DNA from: an uncultured Verrucomicrobiota bacterium
GTDB lineage: Bacteria; Verrucomicrobiota; Verrucomicrobiia; Palsa-1439
DNA length: 63,644 nt
Direction of reading: 5' to 3'
NCBI GenBank assembly: GCA_903847335.1
Contig: CAINDI010000126.1
Span: 1 to 63,644 of the forward strand
Position numbers and translations under genes: made by a program. The notes under the pieces are model-generated. The model was not told where the DNA came from. It did no database searches and saw only the letters and a program-made list of their open reading frames with translations. Of the stretch, positions 18,262 to 27,913 are shown piece by piece (within the stretch, counting starts at the first letter, position 1; the number at the start of each line of letters is the position of its first letter).

Positions 18262-20706
18262 CTATACACCATTTTTCTTCTCCGGCAATACAAACGCTCC
18301 AAGATAAGTCTGAATCTCATACCCAGTTTCCCTCAACCGAATCGTCACCGCCCCGGTCTCGTCCGTCCGATAAAGCCGGATTCCGCGCCGGCGCAACCGC
18401 TCCCGCAAATCCGGTTCCAAATACCGTTTCGGCTCTGCGCCAACCGCCTGCACTACTTCTACCGGTTGAACCGCATCCAAAAATTCATCCGTCCCCGACG
18501 ACTCCAAACCATGCCGGCCTTTCACCAGAATCTGCGCTCGCAAATCAGCTCCACCGGCCACCAGCCGGCGTTCAACCGACTGCCCGATGTCCGACGTCAA
18601 CAACACTCGCGTCGCGCCATACTCCAGCAACAACACCAGCGAATTATCGTCGCTCCGCCGATAGTTCACACCCACCGGTGGATTCAAAACCCGCCAGCGA
18701 AACTTACCGACCACTTGCCAATCCTCACCGGCGCGCATCGTCACCAGCTCAATTCGTTGTCGGCGCGCTTCCGCAATCCAATTCCAAAAATATTCTGACC
18801 GCGAATTCGTCCCTGCATAAATCGCCCGCCGGACAGGAATTTGTTTTACCACCGGCATTAAACCAGCCGCATGCGCCTTGTCGCCGCGTGTCAAAACTAT
18901 CGACTCCAACCGGTCCACGCCTTGCCCACGCAAAAACGGCACCACCGCATGTTCACCGCTCCAGCTTCCGCCGCCATCCACCAAAAAATCGTGTTGCTCG
19001 CCCGGCAAGTTCACAAACACCGCCATCCCATCGCGCAAATCCAACACCGTGATTTCAACCGCTTCCTCGTGTTGCGCCACCAAAATCACCGTTGCCACGA
19101 CCATCGCGCCGCCGGTAACCCATAACTTCACTCGACGCGACACCTGCCGGCTCATCCACATCAGCAACACCGCGTAATAACTCACCGTCAACCAGATCGG
19201 CGGCGTTTGCACAAACCAATGTCCCCATGGCCACCGGCTCAACCAGTTCACTCCGCGCAACATTCCGCCGAGCACCAAGAAATTCGCGTTATTAAAAATC
19301 AGCGCCAGCCCCGGCCAAATCGCGTGCGCCACCACACTCGCCAATCCCAGCGCAAGCACGCTGCCCAACAACGGAATCACCAACAAATTCGCCACGATAC
19401 TCACCGGCGTGAACAAATGAAAATACACCGCCATCAACGGCACCAACCCCAACCACGCCGCCAGTGAACCGCTACCCAACACCGCCAGTCGCATCACCAC
19501 TCGCGTCACCGCCGTCCTCCATCTCGGCACCAACTCCCGAGGTATCAGCGGATCCGGCCGCAACCAACCAAACCACACCGGTGCCGCCTCCGTCGGATCG
19601 GGATTCAAAAATAATTTCCACCACGCCGATTTGTCCGTCAGCGTCGCCAACGCGGTCACCACCGCAAACGACAACACAAATCCGCCATCGAATAATTGCA
19701 CCGGACTCCAAACCAAAATCACAATCGCCGCCGTTGCCAAGTCGCTCAACAAATCCACCGGCCGCACCAGCATTCCACCGATTAACCACACACTCACCAT
19801 CACCAACGCCCGCACTGCCCCCGGATGCGCGCCCGTCGCAAACACGTACAACACCAGCAGCGGAATCGCCGGCACCGCCGTCCACCGGCGCGGCACGCGC
19901 AGCAGTCGCAACAACAGCACCGCCACCATCGTCACCAACCCGACATGCAAACCATTAATCGCAAAAACATGAAACACACCGGTCTGCTGAAAATCCGCGT
20001 ACGTATCCGGCGGAATTTCGGAACGCTCACCAATCACCACTGCCGTTAACGCACCGGCAATCGCCGGCTCATTTTCCAATCCCAACCGCAACGCTTGAAA
20101 CATTCGCTCCCGGAGCCGGAGCGCCAATGCCGTCACCGGCCGGCCACGATTGCGCGCCAACACCTCACACCGGTCACCTTTCAGAATCGTCGCGGTGAAC
20201 GGAATATTTTGTTGCGTCAACCATTGCCGCATGTCGAACGTTCCCGGATTTCGCGCCGGTGACGGCACTCGCAAAATCGCCACGCACTCAATCTCGTCGC
20301 CGTACCGGAGCGCCACCGGCTCGCTGGAAAACACAAACACTCGACCGGTGGCTAATTCCCAATCTGCACCACGCCGGAGCGCCGACAATTCCAATTTGAA
20401 ACTGCACCGGTCGTCGCGGAAATCCGGCGCGCTCACAATTACGCCGCGCAACGCCGCATTCTGGTCGCGGTGTTCCAGTAAATTGGAAATGGCGTTCGGC
20501 GCGAAGTTCGTCACTGCCTGCCGGTAATGAAACATCCCGGCGCACGCCACCGCGAAAAAGATTGTCAGAGTTGCCGGCCGAATTCGCCACGCCAGCAAAA
20601 ATAAAAGCGCGCCACCGGCCAACCAGACCGGTGACCAATTCACCTGCGCGCCGAGCCAAATCCCGGCGGCGAACACAATGGCCAGCCCAACGGCCGGTCG
20701 TTTCAT
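18262..20706 (-). CDS. comEC: ComEC/Rec2 DNA internalisation channel with C-terminal metallo-beta-lactamase domain
   Basis: 814 aa with many TM helices (competence domain), an N-terminal DUF4131-like OB region, and a C-terminal MBL-like segment (ITVLDLRDGMAVFV...FLVDGGG). Confidence 0.85.
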   Translation of the reverse strand: MKRPAVGLAIVFAAGIWLGAQVNWSPVWLAGGALLFLLAWRIRPATLTIFFAVACAGMFHYRQAVTNFAPNAISNLLEHRDQNAALRGVIVSAPDFRDDRCSFKLELSALRRGADWELATGRVFVFSSEPVALRYGDEIECVAILRVPSPARNPGTFDMRQWLTQQNIPFTATILKGDRCEVLARNRGRPVTALALRLRERMFQALRLGLENEPAIAGALTAVVIGERSEIPPDTYADFQQTGVFHVFAINGLHVGLVTMVAVLLLRLLRVPRRWTAVPAIPLLVLYVFATGAHPGAVRALVMVSVWLIGGMLVRPVDLLSDLATAAIVILVWSPVQLFDGGFVLSFAVVTALATLTDKSAWWKLFLNPDPTEAAPVWFGWLRPDPLIPRELVPRWRTAVTRVVMRLAVLGSGSLAAWLGLVPLMAVYFHLFTPVSIVANLLVIPLLGSVLALGLASVVAHAIWPGLALIFNNANFLVLGGMLRGVNWLSRWPWGHWFVQTPPIWLTVSYYAVLLMWMSRQVSRRVKLWVTGGAMVVATVILVAQHEEAVEITVLDLRDGMAVFVNLPGEQHDFLVDGGGSWSGEHAVVPFLRGQGVDRLESIVLTRGDKAHAAGLMPVVKQIPVRRAIYAGTNSRSEYFWNWIAEARRQRIELVTMRAGEDWQVVGKFRWRVLNPPVGVNYRRSDDNSLVLLLEYGATRVLLTSDIGQSVERRLVAGGADLRAQILVKGRHGLESSGTDEFLDAVQPVEVVQAVGAEPKRYLEPDLRERLRRRGIRLYRTDETGAVTIRLRETGYEIQTYLGAFVLPEKKNGV

Positions 20707-21473
20707 ATTTTCAACGCGTGATACCGGCCGATTTTCACGGCATCACGGATCGCATGCGTCACAAAAAGTTTTGCGCGACCGGCCGCCTCAGCAAGTTCAC
20801 AACCCAGTGCCAGATGCGCCGTCAACGCCGCCGAGAAAACACAACCGGTCCCGTGCGTTTTCACACCGGCAATGTGCGGCATATCAAATTCATAAATCCG
20901 ATTACCGGTGCACAACACATCCACTGCATCACCGGCGAGATGGCCGCCTTTCACCAGAAACGCCACACCGAACCGCTTCGCCAATGTCCGCGCCGCCATT
21001 CGTAACTCCGCCACCGTGCGAATCCGGCACCCCAGCAAAACTTCCGCCTCCGCTAAATTCGGCGTGACCACCGTCGCCGCCGGAAACAAAATCGTTTGCA
21101 AAACACGAATCGCCTCCGGCTTCAACAACCGCGCGCCGCTCGTCGCCACCAGCACCGGGTCAACCACCAGCCGACATTGCACACTACCGGCGACGGCACG
21201 AATAATTTTGGTGTCATAAAGCATTCCGGTTTTCGCTGCGCGCACCGGTAACGCTTTACAGACTTGGGCGATTTGTTCGGCAACGATGCGCGGATTCACC
21301 GACTGCACCGCACTGATGCCGGCGGGATTTTGGCAGGTAATGGCGGTGATGGCGCTGGTGCCGAAAACGCCGAGCGCTTGAAAAGTTTTTAAGTCCGCCT
21401 GAATCCCGGCGCCACCGCCGCTGTCGGAACCGGCAATGGTGAGAGCGACCGGCATCGTCACGCGCTTCTTCAT
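20703..21473 (-). CDS. thiD: hydroxymethylpyrimidine/phosphomethylpyrimidine kinase
   Basis: ORF 20703..21536. ALTIAGSDSGGGAGIQADLKTF and GTGCVFSAALTAHLA motifs. Start taken at MKKRVTMPV (21473). ATGA overlap with comEC. Confidence 0.85.
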   Translation of the reverse strand: MKKRVTMPVALTIAGSDSGGGAGIQADLKTFQALGVFGTSAITAITCQNPAGISAVQSVNPRIVAEQIAQVCKALPVRAAKTGMLYDTKIIRAVAGSVQCRLVVDPVLVATSGARLLKPEAIRVLQTILFPAATVVTPNLAEAEVLLGCRIRTVAELRMAARTLAKRFGVAFLVKGGHLAGDAVDVLCTGNRIYEFDMPHIAGVKTHGTGCVFSAALTAHLALGCELAEAAGRAKLFVTHAIRDAVKIGRYHALKI

Positions 21474-21566
21474 GCCGGGCGAGTATGCCTCGCCATCGGT
21501 ATCTCCGCAAGCTTGACCGGCGGCGAGTTCCGCCAAGCTCCGGTGGGCGCGTAAATAAGATTCGTC

Positions 21567-22511
21567 TTATTTCGAAAAGAAATTCGCGCCTGTCGCCCAG
21601 GTAAATTTGTGGAAAGTTTCCGGATCCAATCCCCACGAAACAATTTTCTTTCGCCACGGCAGGTAAAGGTCATTCCACGACCAAGGCACGTCGGGTGGGC
21701 GGTTATTCGGCATGGTATTATCTGGGCCAAACATTAACCGGTCAGCATAGCGCGTGATGAAGTTCCGAGTATCTTCGAGTGAATCATGTAGCAGAAAATC
21801 GCGATTAATATCACTCATGGTATTAGGGAAACGGTCGAACACCGCACTAAATTTCGCCACACTTTCGATGTCATTACCATTGTGACAGAGGACGAAGCGA
21901 ATGTGTGGGTACGCGGCGATGACACGGTTCCGCCGTTCGTATAGTTCCTCGCGCGACAGACCGGTTCGCGTGACAAAATGGTTACTCGGATCCGCTTGAT
22001 GAACCCACACCGCGAGACCAAGTTTTGCCACGGTGTCCCAGATCGGACGTAGACGAGGATCATCCATTGTGGCCGGAAAACCATCGGGATGCACAATGAA
22101 CATCCCTAAATCTTTCCACACCTTTAACGCCCGACAGCCCATCGCGGAAAACCGGTGCAAATCGCCGACCAAACGCTCAACAAATGCCTCCGGCTGCCAT
22201 CCAAATTCAGCCCAATTAGGCCAGTAGCATGGTGCCCAGCGTTTCAATAGGTCACGCTGTTGCATTGCGATGAGGAATTCCTCGAAGGAAAGCGCATGGT
22301 CATTATAGCCTTGAATTACTACGCCGGCAGTGACGCCGCAGCGCGTGTAACAGGCCATGACTTGGTCGAGGTACGCTTGCGAAAAATGTGTGTGCGCATC
22401 AAAAATCGGAAACCGCTCCACATCTATCTCAATCGAGGTGGTGTTTTTCATATCCTGACAGCCTACATACAACTCATAATTGGTTGTGTCAATCGGCACT
22501 ACACTTTTCAC
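21567..22511 (-). CDS. amidohydrolase-2 family metal-dependent hydrolase
   Basis: FDAHTHF metal-binding start of a TIM-barrel amidohydrolase, plus later His/Asp positions (VWVHQADP, VLCHNG). The start could alternatively be M22 (22448). Confidence 0.65.
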   Translation of the reverse strand: MKSVVPIDTTNYELYVGCQDMKNTTSIEIDVERFPIFDAHTHFSQAYLDQVMACYTRCGVTAGVVIQGYNDHALSFEEFLIAMQQRDLLKRWAPCYWPNWAEFGWQPEAFVERLVGDLHRFSAMGCRALKVWKDLGMFIVHPDGFPATMDDPRLRPIWDTVAKLGLAVWVHQADPSNHFVTRTGLSREELYERRNRVIAAYPHIRFVLCHNGNDIESVAKFSAVFDRFPNTMSDINRDFLLHDSLEDTRNFITRYADRLMFGPDNTMPNNRPPDVPWSWNDLYLPWRKKIVSWGLDPETFHKFTWATGANFFSK

Positions 22512-22607
22512 ATTGGTTCATCTCCAATATTTATCTCCGTGGAATTTTGATTGCCTACCTGCGGCAGGTTTGCTAGGGAAAGCGCAACGTTCGCAGGAGG
22601 TCATGTT

Positions 22608-22811
22608 ATGGCAAAAGGTCGCGTCAAATGGTTCAATGAGAAAAAAGGGTTCGGATTCCTCGAGCAGGAGGGCGGCGGACCGGATGTGTTCGTTCACTTC
22701 TCCGCGCTGCAAGGCGAGGGATTCAAAACACTGACGGAAGGGCAACCCGTCGAGTTCGACGTGGTGCAGGACGCCAAGGGCGCCAAAGCCCAGAACGTCA
22801 AAAAAGCCTGA
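22608..22811 (+). CDS. cold-shock protein, CspA family
   Basis: ORF 22551..22811. ATG at 22608 is preceded by aggagg (22595-22600). [32 protein letters not shown]. Confidence 0.92.
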   Translation: MAKGRVKWFNEKKGFGFLEQEGGGPDVFVHFSALQGEGFKTLTEGQPVEFDVVQDAKGAKAQNVKKA

Positions 22812-22829
22812 CCGCCCAGCAACGCAACG

Positions 22830-23873
22830 TTGCCGGCAGCCAACGCCAGTGGTAGGATTCGCCGTGTGGAAACGCTGGCTGTCATTCTAAGTTTATTCAC
22901 GCTCGCCGCGGTTGTCGTGGTGCTGGTGGTCTTCCTGCGCGAGCGGAACAAACCGCAAGCACCGGACCAATCGCTGTTGATGATGCAACAACAGCTCGGC
23001 GCACTCCAACAACGGCTCGACGCCTTCGGCCAAACCGTCGCGGAAAATCTCCAGCAATCCACCGCCTCAATGAACACCCGGCTGGACAACGCCGCGAAAG
23101 TTGTCGGCGATCTCCGCGAAAAAGTCGGCCAGATTCACGAAGTCGGAAAAGCGGCGGCGGAACTCGTCAACATTCTCCGCGCACCGAAACTACGCGGCGG
23201 TATGGGTGAATTGTTCCTCGGCGATTTGCTCGCGCAGATTTTACCGCCGGAACATTACCGACTCCAGCACACCTTCCAGAGCGGCGAAAAAGTGGACGCC
23301 GTCATCCAAGTCGGTCAGCGACTCGTGCCGGTGGACGCAAAATTTCCGTACGAAAATTTCCGGCGCGTCATCGACGCCGGAACCGATGCGGACCGGCAAG
23401 CGGCACGCAAACAATTTCTCCGGGACGTCCGCAAACACGTGGATGCAATTGCTGACAAATATATTTTACCGGATGAAAACACCTACGATTTCGCGTTGAT
23501 GTATGTACCGGCGGAAAATGTGTACTACGAAACCATCATCAAACAAGATGCGGGCGAGGAGCACGAACTGCTCGGCTACGCGCTCCAAAAACATGTCATC
23601 CCGGTCTCGCCGAATTCGTTTTACGCTTATCTGCAAACTGTTTTGCTCGGCTTGAAAGGAATGCAGGTGGAAGTGCGTGCCCAAGAAATTCTCGCCAGTT
23701 TGCAACGCTTGCGCGGCGACTTCGACCGGCTCGCGGAAAATTTCCGTCTTGTCGGCAAACATCTCACCAACGCCACCGGTAGTTACGCTGAAACCGAAAA
23801 GACGTTGACCAAACTCGACGCCAAGCTCAGTCAGATTGAACAACCGGCGGCGCTGCCGCCGGCAAATTCCTAG
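22830..23873 (+). CDS. rmuC: DNA recombination protein RmuC
   Basis: N-terminal TM, a coiled coil, and the RmuC core LRAPKLRGGMGELFLGDLL...VDAKFPYENF...YVPAENVYYE. The start is uncertain (22830, or GTG at 22866). Confidence 0.8.
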   Translation: MPAANASGRIRRVETLAVILSLFTLAAVVVVLVVFLRERNKPQAPDQSLLMMQQQLGALQQRLDAFGQTVAENLQQSTASMNTRLDNAAKVVGDLREKVGQIHEVGKAAAELVNILRAPKLRGGMGELFLGDLLAQILPPEHYRLQHTFQSGEKVDAVIQVGQRLVPVDAKFPYENFRRVIDAGTDADRQAARKQFLRDVRKHVDAIADKYILPDENTYDFALMYVPAENVYYETIIKQDAGEEHELLGYALQKHVIPVSPNSFYAYLQTVLLGLKGMQVEVRAQEILASLQRLRGDFDRLAENFRLVGKHLTNATGSYAETEKTLTKLDAKLSQIEQPAALPPANS

Positions 23874-24499
23874 CGCACATATTTTCCGCGACGCAACCGG
23901 TCGGCTTCGGTTTGCTCGGCAGCGGTCAATTCATACGGCGCAAATTTGATTTGAAATTCCTGACGAAATCCGGCTAGCAGACGATTCGCGTCCACGCGAC
24001 CAGCGATGGAACCTTGATGCAACACACCGTCGCGTCCACGGCGTTGCGCTCCGCCGGCCAGTTTTTGATTACCGGTAACAACATCACCGGCGACCGGATT
24101 TTGAAAACATTCGTACTGGCCGCGCGGCGCTTTCGCTTGCCGGAGCAGTTCGGTTTGCGCGGTGAGTGCGGCAGCCACGGCGCGGTGAATCGCTTGATAC
24201 GCATCGGCGGTGCTCAACCGGTAGAGCGCGTGGCTGGGTGGAATGACAACGGTGTAAGTCGTATCATTGACGTGATAGACGAGACCGCCACCGGTGGGGC
24301 GGCGAACGATTTCATAGTGACCGGAAAATTGCGCGGGGAATTTTTGGAAATAACCATAGGAAACTGCCGGTTGTTGCCAAGAGTAAAGCCGGAGTAACGG
24401 TCGTCCACGCGTGGCGGCAAATCGCAGCAGCGCGTGATCCACCGCCATGTTCGTCGCGGCGTCAGCCGCCGGTGAGTGGAGATAGTCCCAAACTTCCAT
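23870..24499 (-). CDS. biotin/lipoate A/B protein ligase family protein (LplA/LipM-like catalytic domain only)
   Basis: MEVWDYLHSPAADAATNMAVDHALL...LLRLYSWQQPAVSYGYFQ... is typical of BPL_LplA_LipB catalytic domains. 209 aa. Confidence 0.65.
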   Translation of the reverse strand: MEVWDYLHSPAADAATNMAVDHALLRFAATRGRPLLRLYSWQQPAVSYGYFQKFPAQFSGHYEIVRRPTGGGLVYHVNDTTYTVVIPPSHALYRLSTADAYQAIHRAVAAALTAQTELLRQAKAPRGQYECFQNPVAGDVVTGNQKLAGGAQRRGRDGVLHQGSIAGRVDANRLLAGFRQEFQIKFAPYELTAAEQTEADRLRRGKYVR

Positions 24500-24572
24500 T
24501 GGCAGAGTTTAGCATGACGCTGTCAAAATTTCACGGTTGCGCCTGTCGCGCCGGCTGCGTATTGTTTGAGGC

Positions 24573-25928
24573 GTGACTCTTACTGAAAAAATTATGGCTC
24601 GCGCAGCGGGCAAGGCAACGGTGCGACCCGGCGACAACGTCTGGGTGAATGTCGATGTGCTAATGACCCACGACGTGTGTGGACCGGGGACAATCGGCGT
24701 GTTCAAACGCGAGTTTGGCAAGACGGCGAAAGTTTGGGATCGCGAAAAAATCGTCATCATCCCGGATCATTACATTTTCACCGGCGACTCGCTGTCGAAT
24801 CGCAATGTGGATATTCTCCGTGAATTCGTCGGCGAACAGCATATCAAATATTTTTATGACGTGATTGACGATCCGGCCGGCAAATGGGTTTTCGACACCC
24901 ACAAAGGAAATTACGGACGTCAGTTTGGTAATAACTTTGCCGGTGTTTGCCATGCAGCATTGGCGGCACGTGGGCACACTCGGCCTGGTGAAATCTTACT
25001 CGGCACCGATTCACATACTTGCATGGCGGGCGCGTTTGGTGAATTTGCCACTGGCATCGGCAACACGGATGCCGGCTTTGTCTTCGGCACTGGCAAGTTG
25101 CTCTTGAAGGTACCGGAGACGATGCGCTTCTGGTTTGACGGTCAACTCCAACGCGGCGTGATGGGCAAAGATATTATTCTGCACATCATCGGCGAAATTG
25201 GTTTTGACGGCGCGACGTACCGGGCAATGCAGTTCGATGGCCCCGGCGCGAAGGCGTTGGGAATGGATGACCGGATGACAATTGCGAATATGGCGATTGA
25301 GGCCGGTGGCAAGAACGGCATCTTCGAGCCGGATGAAAAAACTTTCGCCTATGTAAACGAGCGCATTGAAGCAAATGGTACAAAGGCAAACTACGATCCG
25401 CTTTTCTGCGATGCGGATCAGAAATTTGTTTACGAAAATAAATTTGATTTGAGCAAACTCGAACCGACAGTTGCCTGTCATCCGAATCCCGGCAATCGCA
25501 AACTTGCGAAAGAGCTTGGCAATATCTCACTCGACCGGGCGTACATCGGTTCTTGCACCGGCGGCAAGCTCAGCGATTTCCTGGCGTTTGCCGAAATCGT
25601 GACTGGCCGCAAAGTGAAAATCGATACATTCGGCGTGCCGGCGACACCGGAGATTATGCTGGAGTTACAACAGCGGAAAGTCTGGCAAGCGCTCGCGGAT
25701 GCCGGTGTGCAACTGACGGAGAACGCCGGTTGCGCCGCATGTCTCGGCGGTCCAGTGGACACGTTTGGTCGGATGAATAAGCCGCAGAAATGTATTTCGA
25801 CCACGAACCGGAATTTTCCGGGGCGGATGGGACACCTCGAATCGCAAGTGTTTCTCGCGTCACCGGCGACAGTAGCGGCGAGTGCATTGACCGGAAAGAT
25901 TACGGATCCGCGCGAATTTCTAAAGTGA
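24573..25928 (+). CDS. aconitase-family dehydratase large subunit (3-isopropylmalate / homoaconitate type, LeuC/HacA-like)
   Basis: GTG start. MTLTEKIMARAAGK..VRPGDNVWVNVDVLMTHDV, DSHTCMAGAFG and GSCTGG motifs (Fe-S cluster Cys ligands) of the short archaeal-type large subunit. Confidence 0.8.
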   Translation: MTLTEKIMARAAGKATVRPGDNVWVNVDVLMTHDVCGPGTIGVFKREFGKTAKVWDREKIVIIPDHYIFTGDSLSNRNVDILREFVGEQHIKYFYDVIDDPAGKWVFDTHKGNYGRQFGNNFAGVCHAALAARGHTRPGEILLGTDSHTCMAGAFGEFATGIGNTDAGFVFGTGKLLLKVPETMRFWFDGQLQRGVMGKDIILHIIGEIGFDGATYRAMQFDGPGAKALGMDDRMTIANMAIEAGGKNGIFEPDEKTFAYVNERIEANGTKANYDPLFCDADQKFVYENKFDLSKLEPTVACHPNPGNRKLAKELGNISLDRAYIGSCTGGKLSDFLAFAEIVTGRKVKIDTFGVPATPEIMLELQQRKVWQALADAGVQLTENAGCAACLGGPVDTFGRMNKPQKCISTTNRNFPGRMGHLESQVFLASPATVAASALTGKITDPREFLK

Positions 25929-26000
25929 GAATCGCCGTCACTTGCGCCAGTGGAATTGCTGGCGTAAGTTGGCGCAACCTAAACCTTGAAAGGAATTCAA

Positions 26001-26312
26001 ATGAAGAAATTATTGGCATTGATTGCGGCGGTTGTGGTGGCAAGTTCGTTCGTGTGGGCGGATGAAGCGCAGAAACCGACTACGGTTGAATTGAAAGGCA
26101 CGCTGGGTTGTGGACATTGTGCGTTTCACAAGACTAGCAGTTGCGCGGCGGCGTTGAAAACTGCCGACGGCAAAATCTATGTGATTGATAACGCGACGCC
26201 GGCGGTCATGGCCGCGCGCGAAGATGCTGTGCCGGCGCAAGTGACCGGTACGGTAACGGAACAGAATGGCATACTGCACGTTCAGGCCACCAAACAAGAA
26301 TTGGTGAAGTAA
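26001..26312 (+). CDS. small secreted cysteine-motif protein
   Basis: ORF 25986..26312. ATG at 26001 is preceded by aaagga. Signal peptide MKKLLALIAAVVVASSFVWA. GCGHCAFHKTSSC motif. Confidence 0.6.
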   Translation: MKKLLALIAAVVVASSFVWADEAQKPTTVELKGTLGCGHCAFHKTSSCAAALKTADGKIYVIDNATPAVMAAREDAVPAQVTGTVTEQNGILHVQATKQELVK

Positions 26313-26334
26313 CTCACCGGTAAATTAGTTCGGC

Positions 26335-26372
26335 AACGGAGCGAACGCTTTTGTTCGCTCCGTTTGCTTTTG
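26335..26372 (+). terminator. rho-independent terminator
   Basis: 12-bp stem aacggagcgaac / gttcgctccgtt, loop gctttt, then tgcttttg. Confidence 0.75.
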
Positions 26373-26421
26373 TTAAGTTAAGCTTGAACCGGAGAACCGG
26401 GCACGCTAGAGTAACGCCACT

Positions 26422-27294
26422 ATGAAAGTTAGTGGCTTCACCTTTTTGCGTAATCCTCACAAGCTGGGCTATCCGTTCATTGAGTCGATTCGTTCGGTTT
26501 TGCCGATTGTTGATGAATTCATTATTGCGCTGGGGCCGTGCGATGATCAGACAGGGGAAATGCTCAAGGCCATTGGCGACCCCAAGATTCGCATCATTCA
26601 CACGACGTGGAACGAACGGATGCGAAACGATTTGAAGCTGAAAGGTTTTGCCTACGGCCAGCAAAAATCTATCGCGCTTTTCAACTGCACCGGCGATTGG
26701 GCATTTTATCTGGAAGCGGATGAAGTGATTCATGAGAACGATCTACCCAAGATTCAAGCGGCCATGCAATCGCATTTGGACAATCCACGAGTGGAGGCGT
26801 TGGTATTCGACTATCTGCATTTTTACGGGAATAAAAACACCTATGCTTGGTCGCCGGGCTGGTATCGCACTGCGCCGCGCATTCTGCGCAACAACATTCC
26901 GGCTTGGGCGCCGAAGGGACTTTTTTTTACGGTGCTCACCGACCATAAGCATGGCCGCTATCCATACGCCGCACGCATTGATGCCAAGATTTACCATTAC
27001 GGCTGGGTGCGCAGCGAAGAACAAATGAATCTAAAACTCAAAGAGGTCGGGAAGTTTTGGCAGGATAAGCCTCAAGACAAGCAATACCTAGAGATTGACC
27101 AACAGATTTTGCGACTGTTTAGCGGAACCCATCCAACTGTGATGCAGAACTGGCTACCGGAAGCCGATGGTCTGTTTCGTGCAAACCCGTCTCACGTCTT
27201 GACGAAGCGAGAAAAAAAACACCGTCTGATGTTGAAGCTCGAAAATTGGTTCGGCCTAGAACTGAGTAAGACGCACTATCGTCGTGTGCGCTGA
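26422..27294 (+). CDS. glycosyltransferase family 2-like protein
   Basis: The N-terminal pattern MKVSGFTFLRN....YPFIESIRSVLPIVDEFIIALGPCDD and the acidic YLEADEV motif are typical of a widespread GT2-like family. Confidence 0.65.
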   Translation: MKVSGFTFLRNPHKLGYPFIESIRSVLPIVDEFIIALGPCDDQTGEMLKAIGDPKIRIIHTTWNERMRNDLKLKGFAYGQQKSIALFNCTGDWAFYLEADEVIHENDLPKIQAAMQSHLDNPRVEALVFDYLHFYGNKNTYAWSPGWYRTAPRILRNNIPAWAPKGLFFTVLTDHKHGRYPYAARIDAKIYHYGWVRSEEQMNLKLKEVGKFWQDKPQDKQYLEIDQQILRLFSGTHPTVMQNWLPEADGLFRANPSHVLTKREKKHRLMLKLENWFGLELSKTHYRRVR

Positions 27295-27909
27295 TTAGCC
27301 GCCGGGAAATTCAACCGGTTGCCACTCCTCTTGCCGGTGAAAGCTGCATTTGGCGTGGGGCGAGGTGGAGGACAAAATCGGCTCGGACCGACCACGAGTA
27401 TAATCGTACCGGCAAAAAGAACTGAGCCAGCGCGCACCGGGTTTCATCACGCCGGTTTCGACAATCATTGCAAATGGAACGGTCGCGCTCACAAACCAAC
27501 GTTGCGCGGCTGTATCCACGCGAGTGGTGGTGGTGATTTTTGATTTCCAAATTTTTAATTCAGCTAACTGTTCGTCTAGTGTTCCGGTTGCTGGAAGATG
27601 GAACCGGTGTTGTGCATTGGTAAAGCGCAACTGAAAAAGCTGATTGTCTGGCGTGATATGAAATTCAAAATATGGCTCTTGCCATTCCGGGCGCAGAAAA
27701 ATCTCAAAGACATCGCCGGAGGTGAACGCCGCCTGATTAAATTCTTTGACCGGATTAAAAATATCGCGGTCGGGCAACTCCGCCTCGACAAGCATTGCAT
27801 CCGGACTCCAACCGACGCGGACACGTGCCGGCAGGAAGTCCGGCTCCGGTTCAGTGCGCCAAGCTTGTTGCATGGTCCAATCAGCGACAAAAATCGGTTT
27901 TGGATTCAT
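27295..27909 (-). CDS. hypothetical cytoplasmic protein, CBM9/DOMON-like beta-sandwich (tentative)
   Basis: ORF 27295..27942. Start taken at MNPKPIF (27909), which removes the overlap with the SDR gene. The pattern VRVGWSPDAMLVEAEL.D.DIFNP...GDVFEIFLRP....YFEF resembles carbohydrate-binding family 9-like proteins. No signal peptide. Confidence 0.5.
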   Translation of the reverse strand: MNPKPIFVADWTMQQAWRTEPEPDFLPARVRVGWSPDAMLVEAELPDRDIFNPVKEFNQAAFTSGDVFEIFLRPEWQEPYFEFHITPDNQLFQLRFTNAQHRFHLPATGTLDEQLAELKIWKSKITTTTRVDTAAQRWFVSATVPFAMIVETGVMKPGARWLSSFCRYDYTRGRSEPILSSTSPHAKCSFHRQEEWQPVEFPGG

Positions 27910-27913
27910 AAAA

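Noticed and set aside
19207-20049. Several long plus-strand ORFs (86-164 aa; Pro/Thr/His/Arg-rich) antisense to comEC.
   Set aside because: They are low-complexity translations lying entirely inside a well-supported 814-aa ComEC gene in a ~65% GC stretch. Stop-poor antisense frames are expected there. They have no start context or motifs.
21474-21566. Looked for a TPP riboswitch upstream of thiD.
   Set aside because: No CUGAGA / ACCUGAUCUGGAUAAUGCCAGCG-type elements are present, and the gap is only ~90 nt and follows directly on the amidohydrolase stop.
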